From NCBI GenBank assembly GCA_032718475.1, contig JAUCBJ010003602.1, forward strand, positions 62,001 through 126,000: a stretch of 64,000 nucleotides of DNA, in the 5' to 3' direction. Shown piece by piece: positions 15,539 to 29,500 of this stretch. Made by a program: the position numbers and the translations under genes. Each line of letters starts with the position of its first letter. Within the stretch, counting starts at the first letter, position 1. Below the pieces are notes generated by a model. It was given only the letters and a program-made list of their open reading frames with translations, did no database searches and was not told the DNA's origin. The DNA is from Nemertoderma westbladi (taxonomy: Eukaryota; Animalia; Xenacoelomorpha).

Positions 15539-16991
15539 ATGATGCCTTCAGCTTGTAAACGATTTGCTCCGAATATTTTTAATAAATCTCGCTGTTCGCA
15601 TTGTTTCCGGAGCGTCGAAGTCCACCCAAAGCAAAGTAGTAAGGTAAGTAGTACCGGCACTGCTGTTACTGTTACATAAATAACAATATTCAGAAGACCC
15701 CTCCCTGCGTCCAATTATTCTGAAAGTTCTTCGCTAATAATGGTCTAGGACATTTTAGAACGAAAAGGCCCCAAACATGGCTATTTTTTTGATTGGCTTT
15801 GATTTAAAAAGGCTCCATTGCATTTTTAAAAAAAAATTTTCAGTTGATTTATTGATAAAGGTATTCTGAACAAGTGTACCAAATTTCAACTCATTTTGAG
15901 TTAGAACTAGCGTAGAAATAGCCTTTTTCACGAAATGAGGTCGTTCTGAGATATAGGTGCTTATAAATTTTAAGGAACAATTCAAACCTTCCCGGTATTT
16001 TAGATACACCGTTTTTCTTTGTTCAACAATAACTTTGTAAAAAAATTAATGAAATTCAACGAAATTTTTCATCCTTTCTAAAAATATAATTAATATAATA
16101 AAACAACCTTTTAGCGATTTTATTCATATCTGTATGTACCGTGTGAGCCTTTTTGATGAAAAGGGCCTTATTCTATGAAAAAATATCGTGCTGCTCGAAG
16201 TAACCCCCCCCCTCCCCCCCCCCCCCCCTAAGACACAATAAAGGCGGTGTTATTTAATAATAAGGGCGGCATTATTTAACAATAAGGGCGGCGTTAATTA
16301 AAATATTACGGAGCACACTGTATTCTACAGTATAATAGTATCAATTATATCAACGAATTTTATTACCGTATAATTTGATATATTCGATTCGAATTCGATT
16401 ATATCGATATGTTGTTGCCACATATTACTTTACTGTAAGACGTTATTGTTATTGACTTATCCATCAGATAGTGGCTCACATTAATCCCCAAGGCGATTGA
16501 AAATAACTATTTAAATGGTGGCAAACAATGTAGACTTTTTTGACGAGTGATATTTGTTCACGACTTTCACAAAAATGTGACTTACAACAAATAAAGGTTA
16601 TTTCCAATCCGCCGAGAAAATTGGTATGAAATAAATTTTTGTTTATTGTTTTGGTTAGAAAATAACCAACACTGTAAACTACCTTTACCTTAATAATTAG
16701 GCCTAAATAAATTTAAGTTTTTAAACCCATTAAACACTTATTTTGTGTTTTCGGTTATTATGCGCCAATAACTCTCATCCATATACTGTTCTGTACGTGT
16801 GGCACACAATATTAAACTATTATTTTATTATTATTATTTTATTATTTAATTATTTATTTAACTTATTTTGTTTTTAAGAGGTTCTTTTTTTTATTTTATT
16901 TATATAGGAAAGTCACTCCAAACTGAAAGCTTGTGGCTTCCTTCTGCTCAGTCCCGATGGTGACCCCTCCAGTTTAACTTCTAAGACAAAG
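15539..16991 (+). CDS. MPRIP: First two coding exons (15539-15643, 16908-16991) of a myosin phosphatase-Rho interacting protein / outspread-like gene; continues beyond the window
   Basis: Exon 1 MMPSACKRFAPNIFNKSRCSHCFRSVEVH matches the MPRIP/osp N-terminal C..F..NIFNKSKC..CF....H motif and ends AAG|GTAAGT. Exon 2 follows TAG and reads ESHSKLKACGFLLLSPDGDPSSLTSKTK (start of PH domain, cf. GWLLLAPDG), ending AAG|GTTTGT. Both introns are phase 0. Confidence 0.82.
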
Positions 16992-19001
16992 GTTTGTACA
17001 TACAACCAATCAAATGTAAAGGTTTGTACATGCAACCAATGTAAAGGTTTGTACATATAGTACAACCAAAGTAAAGGTTTGTACATACAACCAATCAAAT
17101 ATAAAGGTTTGTACATGCAACCAATCAAATGTAAATGTTTGTACATACAACCAATCAAATGTAAAGGTTTATACATACAACCAATCAAATTCAAAGGTTT
17201 GTACATACGTACAACCAATCAAATGTAAAGGTTTGTACATACAACCAATCAAATTCAAAGGTTTGTACATACAACCAATCAAATGTAAATGTTTGTACAT
17301 ACAACCAATCAAATGTAAAGGTTTGTACATACAACCAATCAAATGTAAAGGTTTGTACATACAGTACAACCAAAGTAAAGGTTTGTACATACAACCAATC
17401 AAATGTAAAGGTTTGTACATGCAACCAATCAAATGTAAATGTTTGTACATACAACCAATCAAATTCAAAGGTTTGTACATACAACCAATCAAATGTAAAG
17501 GTTTGTACATGCAACCAATGTAAAGGTTTGTACATACAGTACAACCAAAGTAAAGGTTTGTACATACAACCAATCAAATGTAAAGGTTTGTACATGCAAC
17601 CAATCAAATGTAAATGTTTGTACATACAACCAATCAAATGTAAAGGTTTGTACATGCAACCAATCAAATGTAAATGTTTGTACATACAACCAATCAAATT
17701 CAAAGGTTTGTACATACAACCAATCAAATGTAAAGGTTTGTACATGCAACCAATGTAAAGGTTTGTACATACAGTACAACCAAAGTAAAGGTTTGTACAT
17801 ACAACCAATCAAATGTAAAGGTTTGTACATGCAACCAATCAAATGTAAATGTTTGTACATACAACCAATCAAATGTAAAGGTTTGTACATGCAACCAATC
17901 AAATGTAAACGTTTGTACATACAACCAATCAAATGTAAAGGTTTGTACATACAACCAATCAAATTCAAAGGTTTGTACATACAACCAATCAAATGTAAAT
18001 GTTTGTACATACAACCAATCAAATGTAAAGGTTTGTACATACAACCAATCAAATGTAAAGGTTTGTACATACAACCAATCAAATTCAAAGGTTTGTACAT
18101 ACAACCAATCAAATGTAAATGTTTGTACATACAACCAATCAAATGTAAATGTTTGTACATACAACCAATCAAATGTAAAGGTTTGTACATACAACCAATC
18201 AAATGTAAAGGTTTGTACATACAACCAATCAAATGTAAAGGTTTGTACATACAACCAATCAAATGTAAAGGTTTGTACATACAACCAATCAAATGTAAAG
18301 GTTTGTACATGCAACCAATCAAATGTAAAGGTTTGTACATACAACCAATCAAATTCAAAGGTTTGTACATACAACCAATCAAATGTAAAGGTTTGTACAT
18401 ACAACCAATCAAATTCAAAGGTTTGTACATACAACCAATCAAATGTAAAGGTATGTACATACAACCAATCAAATGTAAAGGTTTGTACATATAACCAATC
18501 AAATGTAAAGGTATGTACATGCAACCAATCAAATGTAAAGGTTTGTACATGCAACCAATCAAATGTAAAGGTTTGTACATGCAACCAATCAAATGTAAAT
18601 GTTTGTACATACAACCAATTAAATGTAAATGTTTGTACATACAACCAATCAAATGTAAAGGTTTATACATACAACCAATCAAATGTAAAGGTTTGTACAT
18701 ATAACCAATCAAATGTAAAGGTTTGTACATGCAACCAATCAAATGTAAAGGTTTGTACATACAACCAATCAAATGCAAAGGTTTGTACATACAACCAATC
18801 AAATGTAAAGGTTTGTACATACAACCAATCAAATGTAAAGGTTTGTACATATAACCAATCAAATGTAAAGGTTTGTACATACAACCAATCAAATGTAAAG
18901 GTTTGTACATACAACCAATCAAATGTAAAGGTTTGTACATACAACCAATCAAATGTAAAGGTTTGTACATACATCCAATCAAATGTAAAGATTTGTACAT
19001 A

Positions 19002-19709
19002 CAGTACAGGCCACCAGAAAAAGCAGATTTCATCCAATGTGATCACATGTGAACACATTTGTTCAAGTCATCTGATTGGTAGGTTATGGCAAGTTATCTT
19101 CTAGATCACACAGCAGGAGGCTAACTTGCTGGGACAGACAAAAGCTTTGTGTGCGGTGCGCCTGTATGTCTGATATCAGGTAGATGAGAGAGCCCCCAGG
19201 GCGTAACATTGCGGACATGGGCTGTATTGGTATATAGAGAACTACATACAAGACCACATGGAGGTTCATGGAGTGTATGGGAGTGGATGGGTATGTGGAT
19301 GGAGGAGCCTAGACCATTGAATAATTAATTTAGTGCAGGGAGGTGTCGCGCCATTAGTCTGACACCGAGAGGGCACAGAGAAACACCAGAAGATGCCTTA
19401 ACATCACTAACTATAGGCCTGCCTACTAGACACTATTAACCCCTCACTATAAAGGTAAACCAAATCCTTATCGCATTTCGAGCTGCAGAGAGTGACAGTT
19501 AGCGGCAAACTACAGAGAATTTCCTGATTACTAAGCTTTTCAAGAGTGTTCAATTGTATCCTTTAGCGAAAAAATTTTGGTTGTTGCCAATTCAATTATG
19601 TTCAATTATGTTCAATTGTCCCGTTCAACAACATTACATTACACTGGTACACATTTGATAAAATGTGTTCACAATTGTACAAATCTGCGTTTTCTGGTGG
19701 CCTGTACTG
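19002..19709. mobile_element. 708-bp non-autonomous DNA transposon (MITE, Tc1/mariner-like ends), copy 1
   Basis: 29-bp TIR CAGTACAGGCCACCAGAAAAAGCAGATTT / AAATCTGCGTTTTCTGGTGGCCTGTACTG (1 mismatch), TA duplication at 19000-1 and 19710-1. No transposase ORF seen. Confidence 0.88.
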
Positions 19710-22700
19710 TACAACCAATCAAATGTAAAGGTTTGTACATACAACCAATCAAATGTAAAGGTTTGTACATGCAACCAATGTAAAGGTTTGTACATACAGT
19801 ACAACCAAAGTAAAGGTTTGTACATACAACCAATCAAATGTAAAGGTTTGTACATACAACCAATCAAATGTAAATGTTTGTACATACAACCAATCAAATG
19901 TAAAGGTTTGTACATGCAACCAATGTAAAGGTTTGTACATACAGTACAACCAAAGTAAAGGTTTGTACATACAACCAATCAAATGTAAAGGTTTGTACAT
20001 ACAACCAATCAAATGTAAAGGTTTGTACATACAACCAATCAAATGTAAAGGTTTGTACATGCAACCAATGTAAAGGTTTGTACATACAACCAATCAAATG
20101 TAAAGGTATGTACATGCAACCAATCAAATGTAAAGGTTTGTACATATAACCAATCAAATGTAAAGGTTTGTACATACAGTACAACCAATGTAAAGGTTTG
20201 TACATACAACCAATCAAATGTAAAGGTTTGTACATATAACCAATCAAATGTAAAGGTTTGTACATGCAACCAATCAAATGTAAAGGTTTGTACATACAAC
20301 CAATCAAATGTAAAGGTTTGTACATACAACCAATCAAATGTAAAGGTTTGTACATGCAACCAATGTAAAGGTTTGTACATACAGTACAACCAATGTAAAG
20401 GTTTTTTACATACAACCAATCAAATGTAAAGGTTTGTACATACAACCAATCAAATGTAAAGGTTTGTACATACAACCAATCAAATGTAAAGGTTTGTACA
20501 TACAACCAATCAAATGTAAAGGTTTGTACATACAACCAATCAAATGTAAAGGTTTGTACATACAACCAATCAAATGCAAAGGTTTGTACATACAACCAAT
20601 CAAATGTAAAGGTTTGTACATACAACCAGTCAAATGTAAAGGTTTGTACATACAACCAATCAAATGTAAAGGTTTGTACATGCAACCAATCAAATGTAAA
20701 GGTTTGTACATACAACCAATCAAATGTAAAGGTTTGTACATACAACCAATCAAATGTAAAGGTTTGTACATACAACCAATCAAATGTAAAGGTTTGTACA
20801 TACAACCAATCAAATGTAAAGGTTTGTACATACAACCAATCAAATGTAAAGGTTTGTACATACAACCAATCAAATGCAAAGGTTTGTACATACAACCAAT
20901 CAAATGTAAAGGTTTGTACATACAACCAATCAAATGTAAAGGTTTGTACATACAACCAATCAAATGTAAAGGTTTGTACATACAACCAATCAAATATAAA
21001 GGTTTGTACATACAACCAATCAAATGCAAAGGTTTGTACATACAACCAATCAAATTCAAAGGTTTATACATACAACCAATGTAAAGTTTTGTACATACAG
21101 TACAACCAATGTAAAGGTTTGTACATACAGTACAACCAATGTAAAGGTTTGTACATACAACCAATCAAATGTAAAGGTTTGTACATACAACCAATCAAAT
21201 ATAAAGCTTTGTACATACAACCAATCAAATGTAAATGTTTGTACATACAACCAATCAAATGTAAAGGTTTGTACATACAACCAATCAAATGTAAAGGTTT
21301 GTACATACAACCAATCAAATATAAAGGTTTGTACATACAACCAATCAAATGCAAATGTTTGTACATACAACCAATCAAATTCAAAGGTTTGTACATACAA
21401 CCAATCAAATGTAAAGGTTTGTACATACAACCAATCAAATGTAAAGGTTTGTACATACAACCAATCAAATGTAAAGGTTTGTACATACAACCAATCAAAT
21501 ATAAAGGTTTGTACATACAACCAATCAAATGCAAAGATTTGTACATACAACCAATCAAATTCAAAGGTTTGTACATACAACCAATCAAATGTAAAGGTTT
21601 GTACATGCAACCAATGTAAAGGTTTGTACATACAGTACAACCAATGTAAAGGTTTTTTTACATACAACCAATCAAATGTAAAGGTTTGTACATACAACCA
21701 ATCAAATGTAAAGGTTTGTACATACAACCAATCAAATGTAAAGGTTTGTACATACAACCAATCAAATGTAAAGGTTTTTTACATACAACCAATCAAATGT
21801 AAAGGTTTGTACATACAACCAATCAAATGTAAAGGTTTGTACATACAACCAATCAAATGTAAAGGTTTGTACATACAACCAATCAAATGTAAAGGTTTGT
21901 ACATACAACCAATCAAATGTAAAGGTTTGTACATACAACCAATCAAATGTAAAGGTTTGTACATACAACCAATCAAATGTAAAGGTTTGTACATACAACC
22001 AATCAAATGTAAAGGTTTGTACATACAACCAATCAAATGCAAAGGTTTGTACATACAACCAATCAAATTCAAAGGTTTATACATACAACCAATGTAAAGT
22101 TTTGTACATACAGTACAACCAATGTAAAGGTTTGTACATACAGTACAACCAATGTAAAGGTTTGTACATACAACTAATCAAATGTAAAGGTTTGTACATA
22201 CAACCAATCAAATATAAAGCTTTGTACATACAACCAATCAAATGTAAATGTTTGTACATACAACCAATCAAATGTAAAGGTTTGTACATTCAACCAATCA
22301 AATGTAAAGGTTTGTACATACAACCAATCAAATGTAAAGGTTTGTACATGCAACCAATCAAATGTAAAGGTTTGTACATGCAACCAATCAAATGTAAATG
22401 TTTGTACATACAACCAATTAAATGTAAATGTTTGTACATACAACCAATCAAATGTAAAGGTTTATACATACAACCAATCAAATGTAAAGGTTTGTACATA
22501 TAACCAATCAAATGTAAAGGTTTGTACATGCAACCAATCAAATGTAAAGGTTTGTACATACAACCAATCAAATGCAAAGGTTTGTACATACAACCAATCA
22601 AATGTAAAGGTTTGTACATACAACCAATCAAATGTAAAGGTTTGTACATATAACCAATCAAATGTAAAGGTTTGTACATACAACCAATCAAATGTAAAGG

Positions 22701-22800
22701 TTTGTACATACAACCAATCAAATGTAAAGGTTTGTACATACAACCAATCAAATGTAAATGTTTGTACATACATCCAATCAAATGTAAAGATTTGTACATA

Positions 22801-23508
22801 CAGTACAGGCCACCAGAAAAAGCAGATTTCATCCAATGTGATCACATGTGAACACATTTGTTCAAGTCATCTGATTGGTAGGTTATGGCAAGTTATCTTC
22901 TAGATCACACAGCAGGAGGCTAACTTGCTGGGACAGACAAAAGCTTTGTGTGCGGTGCGCCTGTATGTCTGATATCAGGTAGATGAGAGAGCCCCCAGGG
23001 CGTAACATTGCGGACATGGGCTGTATTGGTATATAGAGAACTACATACAAGACCACATGGAGGTTCATGGAGTGTATGGGAGTGGATGGGTATGTGGATG
23101 GAGGAGCCTAGACCATTGAATAATTAATTTAGTGCAGGGAGGTGTCGCGCCATTAGTCTGACACCGAGAGGGCACAGAGAAACACCAGAAGATGCCTTAA
23201 CATCACTAACTATAGGCCTGCCTACTAGACACTATTAACCCCTCACTATAAAGGTAAACCAAATCCTTATCGCATTTCGAGCTGCAGAGAGTGACAGTTA
23301 GCGGCAAACTACAGAGAATTTCCTGATTACTAAGCTTTTCAAGAGTGTTCAATTGTATCCTTTAGCGAAAAAATTTTGGTTGTTGCCAATTCAATTATGT
23401 TCAATTATGTTCAATTGTCCCGTTCAACAACATTACATTACACTGGTACACATTTGATAAAATGTGTTCACAATTGTACAAATCTGCGTTTTCTGGTGGC
23501 CTGTACTG
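22801..23508. mobile_element. 708-bp MITE, copy 2 (segmental duplicate of copy 1, offset 3799 bp)
   Basis: Apparently identical sequence, same insertion position and same flanking satellite variants. Confidence 0.88.
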
Positions 23509-26500
23509 TACAACCAATCAAATGTAAAGGTTTGTACATACAACCAATCAAATGTAAAGGTTTGTACATGCAACCAATGTAAAGGTTTGTACATACAGTA
23601 CAACCAAAGTAAAGGTTTGTACATACAACCAATCAAATGTAAAGGTTTGTACATACAACCAATCAAATGTAAATGTTTGTACATACAACCAATCAAATGT
23701 AAAGGTTTGTACATGCAACCAATGTAAAGGTTTGTACATACAGTACAACCAAAGTAAAGGTTTGTACATACAACCAATCAAATGTAAAGGTTTGTACATA
23801 CACCCAATCAAATGTAAAGGTTTGTACATACAACCAATCAAATGTAAAGGTTTGTACATGCAACCAATGTAAAGGTTTGTACATACAACCAATCAAATGT
23901 AAAGGTATGTACATGCAACCAATCAAATGTAAAGGTTTGTACATATAACCAATCAAATGTAAAGGTTTGTACATACAGTACAACCAATGTAAAGGTTTGT
24001 ACATACAACCAATCAAATGTAAAGGTTTGTACATATAACCAATCAAATGTAAAGGTTTGTACATGCAACCAATCAAATGTAAAGGTTTGTACATACAACC
24101 AATCAAATGTAAAGGTTTGTACATACAACCAATCAAATGTAAAGGTTTGTACATGCAACCAATGTAAAGGTTTGTACATACAGTACAACCAATGTAAAGG
24201 TTTTTTACATACAACCAATCAAATGTAAAGGTTTGTACATACAACCAATCAAATGTAAAGGTTTGTACATACAACCAATCAAATGTAAAGGTTTGTACAT
24301 ACAACCAATCAAATGTAAAGGTTTGTACATACAACCAATCAAATGTAAAGGTTTGTACATACAACCAATCAAATGCAAAGGTTTGTACATACAACCAATC
24401 AAATGTAAAGGTTTGTACATACAACCAGTCAAATGTAAAGGTTTGTACATACAACCAATCAAATGTAAAGGTTTGTACATGCAACCAATCAAATGTAAAG
24501 GTTTGTACATACAACCAATCAAATGTAAAGGTTTGTACATACAACCAATCAAATGTAAAGGTTTGTACATACAACCAATCAAATGTAAAGGTTTGTACAT
24601 ACAACCAATCAAATGTAAAGGTTTGTACATACAACCAATCAAATGTAAAGGTTTGTACATACAACCAATCAAATGCAAAGGTTTGTACATACAACCAATC
24701 AAATGTAAAGGTTTGTACATACAACCAATCAAATGTAAAGGTTTGTACATACAACCAATCAAATGTAAAGGTTTGTACATACAACCAATCAAATATAAAG
24801 GTTTGTACATACAACCAATCAAATGCAAAGGTTTGTACATACAACCAATCTAATTCAAAGGTTTATACATACAACCAATGTAAAGTTTTGTACATACAGT
24901 ACAACCAATGTAAAGGTTTGTACATACAGTACAACCAATGTAAAGGTTTGTACATACAACCAATCAAATGTAAAGGTTTGTACATACAACCAATCAAATA
25001 TAAAGCTTTGTACATACAACCAATCAAATGTAAATGTTTGTACATACAACCAATCAAATGTAAAGGTTTGTACATACAACCAATCAAATGTAAAGGTTTG
25101 TACATACAACCAATCAAATATAAAGGTTTGTACATACAACCAATCAAATGCAAATGTTTGTACATACAACCAATCAAATGTAAAGGTTTGTACATACAAC
25201 CAATCAAATGTAAAGGTTTGTACATACAACCAATCAAATGTAAAGGTTTGTACATACAAACAATCAAATGCAAAGGTTTGTACATACAACCAATCAAATG
25301 TAAAGGTTTGTACATACAACCAATCAAATGTAAAGGTTTGCACATACAACCAATCAAATGTAAAGGTTTGTACATACAACCAATCAAATATAAAGGTTTG
25401 TACATACAACCAATCAAATGCAAAGGTTTGTACATACAACCAATCAAATTCAAAGGTTTGTACATACAACCAATGTAAAGGTTTGTACATACAGTACAAC
25501 CAATGTAAAGGTTTGTACATACAGTACAACCAATGTAAAGGTTTGTACATACAACCAATCAAATGTAAAGGTTTGTACATACAACCAATCAAATATAAAG
25601 GTTTGTACATACAACCAATCAAATGTAAATGTTTGTACATACAACCAATCAAATGTAAAGGTTTGTACATACAACCAATCAAATGTAAAGGTTTGTACAT
25701 ACAACCAATCAAATATAAAGGTTTGTACATACAACCAATCAAATGCAAATGTTTGTACATACAACCAATCAAATTCAAAGGTTTGTACATACAACCAATC
25801 AAATGTAAAGGTTTGTACATACAACCAATCAAATGTAAAGGTTTGTACATACAACCAATCAAATGTAAAGGTTTGTACATACAACCAATCAAATATAAAG
25901 GTTTGTACATACAACCAATCAAATGCAAAGATTTGTACATACAACCAATCAAATTCAAAGGTTTGTACATACAACCAATCAAATGTAAAGGTTTGTACAT
26001 GCAACCAATGTAAAGGTTTGTACATACAGTACAACCAATGTAAAGGTTTTTTTTACATACAACCAATCAAATGTAAAGGTTTGTACATACAACCAATCAA
26101 ATGTAAAGGTTTGTACATGCAACCAATCAAATGTAAAGGTTTGTACATACAACCAATCAAATGTAAATGTTTGTACATGCAACCAATCAAATGTAAAGGT
26201 TTGTACATACAACCAATCAAATGTAAAGGTTTGTACATACAACCAATCAAATGTAAAGGTTTGTACATACAACCAATCAAATGTAAGGGTTTGTACATAC
26301 AACCAATCAAATGCAAAGGTTTGTACATACAACCAATCAAATGTAAAGGTTTGTACATACAACCAATCAAATGTAAAGGTTTGTACATGCAACCAATCAA
26401 ATGTAAAGGTTTGTACATACAACCAATCAAATGTAAAGGTTTGTACATACAACCAATCAAATGTAAAGGTTTGTACATACAACCAATCAAATGTAAAGGT

Positions 26501-29500
26501 TTGTACATACAACCAATCAAATGTAAAGGTTTGTACATACAACCAATCAAATGTAAAGGTTTGTACATACAACCAATCAAATGCAAAGGTTTGTACATAC
26601 AACCAATCAAATGTAAAGGTTTGTACATACAACCAATCAAATGTAAAGGTTTGTACATACAACCAATCAAATGTAAAGGTTTGTACATACAACCAATCAA
26701 ATATAAAGGTTTGTACATACAACCAATCAAATGCAAAGATTTGTACATACAACCAATCAAATTCAAAGGTTTGTACATACAACCAATCAAATGTAAAGGT
26801 TTGTACATGCAACCAATGTAAAGGTTTGTACATACAGTACAACCAATGTAAAGGTTTTTTTACATACAACCAATCAAATGTAAAGGTTTGTACATACAAC
26901 CAATCAAATGTAAAGGTTTGTACATGCAACCAATCAAATGTAAAGGTTTGTACATACAACCAATCAAATGTAAATGTTTGTACATGCAACCAATCAAATG
27001 TAAAGGTTTGTACATACAACCAATCAAATGTAAAGGTTTGTACATACAACCAATCAAATGTAAAGGTTTGTACATACAACCAATCAAATGTAAAGGTTTG
27101 TACATACAACCAATCAAATGCAAAGGTTTGTACATACAACCAATCAAATGTAAAGGTTTGTACATACAACCAATCAAATGTAAAGGTTTGTACATGCAAC
27201 CAATCAAATGTAAAGGTTTGTACATACAACCAATCAAATGTAAAGGTTTGTACATACAACCAATCAAATGTAAAGGTTTGTACATACAACCAATCAAATG
27301 TAAAGGTTTGTACATACAACCAATCAAATGTAAAGGTTTGTACATACAACCAATCAAATGTAAAGGTTTGTACATACAACCAATCAAATGCAAAGGTTTG
27401 TACATACAACCAATCAAATGTAAAGGTTTGTACATACAACCAATCAAATGTAAAGGTTTGTACATACAACCAATCAAATGTAAAGGTTTGTACATACAAC
27501 CAATCAAATATAAAGGTTTGTACATACAACCAATCAAATGCAAAGGTTTGTACATACAACCAATCAAATTCAAAGGTTTGTACATACAACCAATGTAAAG
27601 GTTTGTACATACAACCAATGTAAAGGTTTGTACATACAGTACAACCAATGTAAAGGTTTGTACATACAGTACAACCAATGTAAAGGTTTGTACATACAAC
27701 CAATCAAATGTAAAGGTTTGTACATACAACCAATCAAATATAAAGGTTTGTACATACAACCAATCAAATTTAAATGTTTGTACATACAACCAATCAAATG
27801 TAAAGGTTTGTACATACAACCAATCAAATGTAAAGGTTTGTACATACAACCAATCAAATATAAAGGTTTGTACATACAACCAATCAAATGCAAATGTTTG
27901 TACATACAACCAATCAAATTCAAAGGTTTGTACATACAACCAATCAAATGTAAAGGTTTGTACATACAACCAATCAAATGTAAAGGTTTGTACATACAAC
28001 CAATCAAATGTAAAGGTTTGTACATACAACCAATCAAATATAAAGGTTTGTACATACAACCAATCAAATGCAAAGATTTGTACATACAACCAATCAAATT
28101 CAAAGGTTTGTACATACAACCAATCAAATGTAAAGGTTTGTACATGCAACCAATGTAAAGGTTTGTACATACAGTACAACCAATGTAAAGGTTTTTTTAC
28201 ATACAACCAATCAAATGTAAAGGTTTGTACATACAACCAATCAAATGTAAAGGTTTGTACATACAACCAATCAAATGTAAAGGTTTGTACATACAACCAA
28301 TCAAATGTAAAGGTTTTTTACATACAACCAATCAAATGTAAAGGTTTGTACATACAACCAATCAAATGTAAAGGTTTGTACATACAACCAATCAAATGTA
28401 AAGGTTTGTACATACAACCAATCAAATGTAAAGGTTTGTACATACAACCAATCAAATGTAAAGGTTTGTACATACAACCAATCAAATGTAAAGGTTTGTA
28501 CATACAACCAATCAAATGTAAAGGTTTGTACATACAACCAATCAAATGTAAAGGTTTGTACATACAACCAATCAAATGTAAAGGTTTGTACATACAACCA
28601 ATCAAATGCAAAGGTTTGTACATACAACCAATCAAATGTAAAGGTTTGTACATACAACCAGTCAAATGTAAAGGTTTGTACATACAACCAATCAAATGTA
28701 AAGGTTTGTACATGCAACCAATCAAATGTAAAGGTTTGTACATACAACCAATCAAATGTAAAGGTTTGTACATACAACCAATCAAATGTAAAGGTTTGTA
28801 CATACAACCAATCAAATGTAAAGGTTTGTACATACAACCAATCAAATGTAAAGGTTTGTACATACAACCAATCAAATGTAAAGGTTTGTACATACAACCA
28901 ATCAAATGCAAAGGTTTGTACATACAACCAATCAAATGTAAAAGTTTGTACATACAGTACAACCAATGTAAAGGTTTGTACATACAACCAATCAAATGTA
29001 AAGGTTTGTACATATAACCAATCAAATGTAAAGGTTTGTACATGCAACCAATCAAATGTAAAGGTTTGTACATACAACCAATCAAATGTAAAGGTTTGTA
29101 CATACAACCAATCAAATGTAAAGGTTTGTACATGCAACCAATGTAAAGGTTTGTACATACAGTACAACCAATGTAAAGGTTTTTTACATACAACCAATCA
29201 AATGTAAAGGTTTGTACATACAACCAATCAAATGTAAAGGTTTGTACATACAACCAATCAAATGTAAAGGTTTGTACATACAACCAATCAAATGTAAAGG
29301 TTTGTACATACAACCAATCAAATGCAAAGGTTTGTACATACAACCAATCAAATGTAAAGGTTTGTACATACAACCAGTCAAATGTAAAGGTTTGTACATA
29401 CAACCAATCAAATGTAAAGGTTTGTACATGCAACCAATCAAATGTAAAGGTTTGTACATACAACCAATCAAATGTAAAGGTTTGTACATACAACCAATCA

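Noticed and set aside
15745-16300. Possible MITE and a 3-copy ~23-bp repeat in MPRIP-like intron 1
   Set aside because: No convincing TIR pair or TSD was found by eye.
19434-19456. Similarity to the T3 phage promoter (ATTAACCCCTCACTATAAAGG)
   Set aside because: The match is imperfect, lies inside a MITE and has no other vector sequence, so it is probably coincidental.
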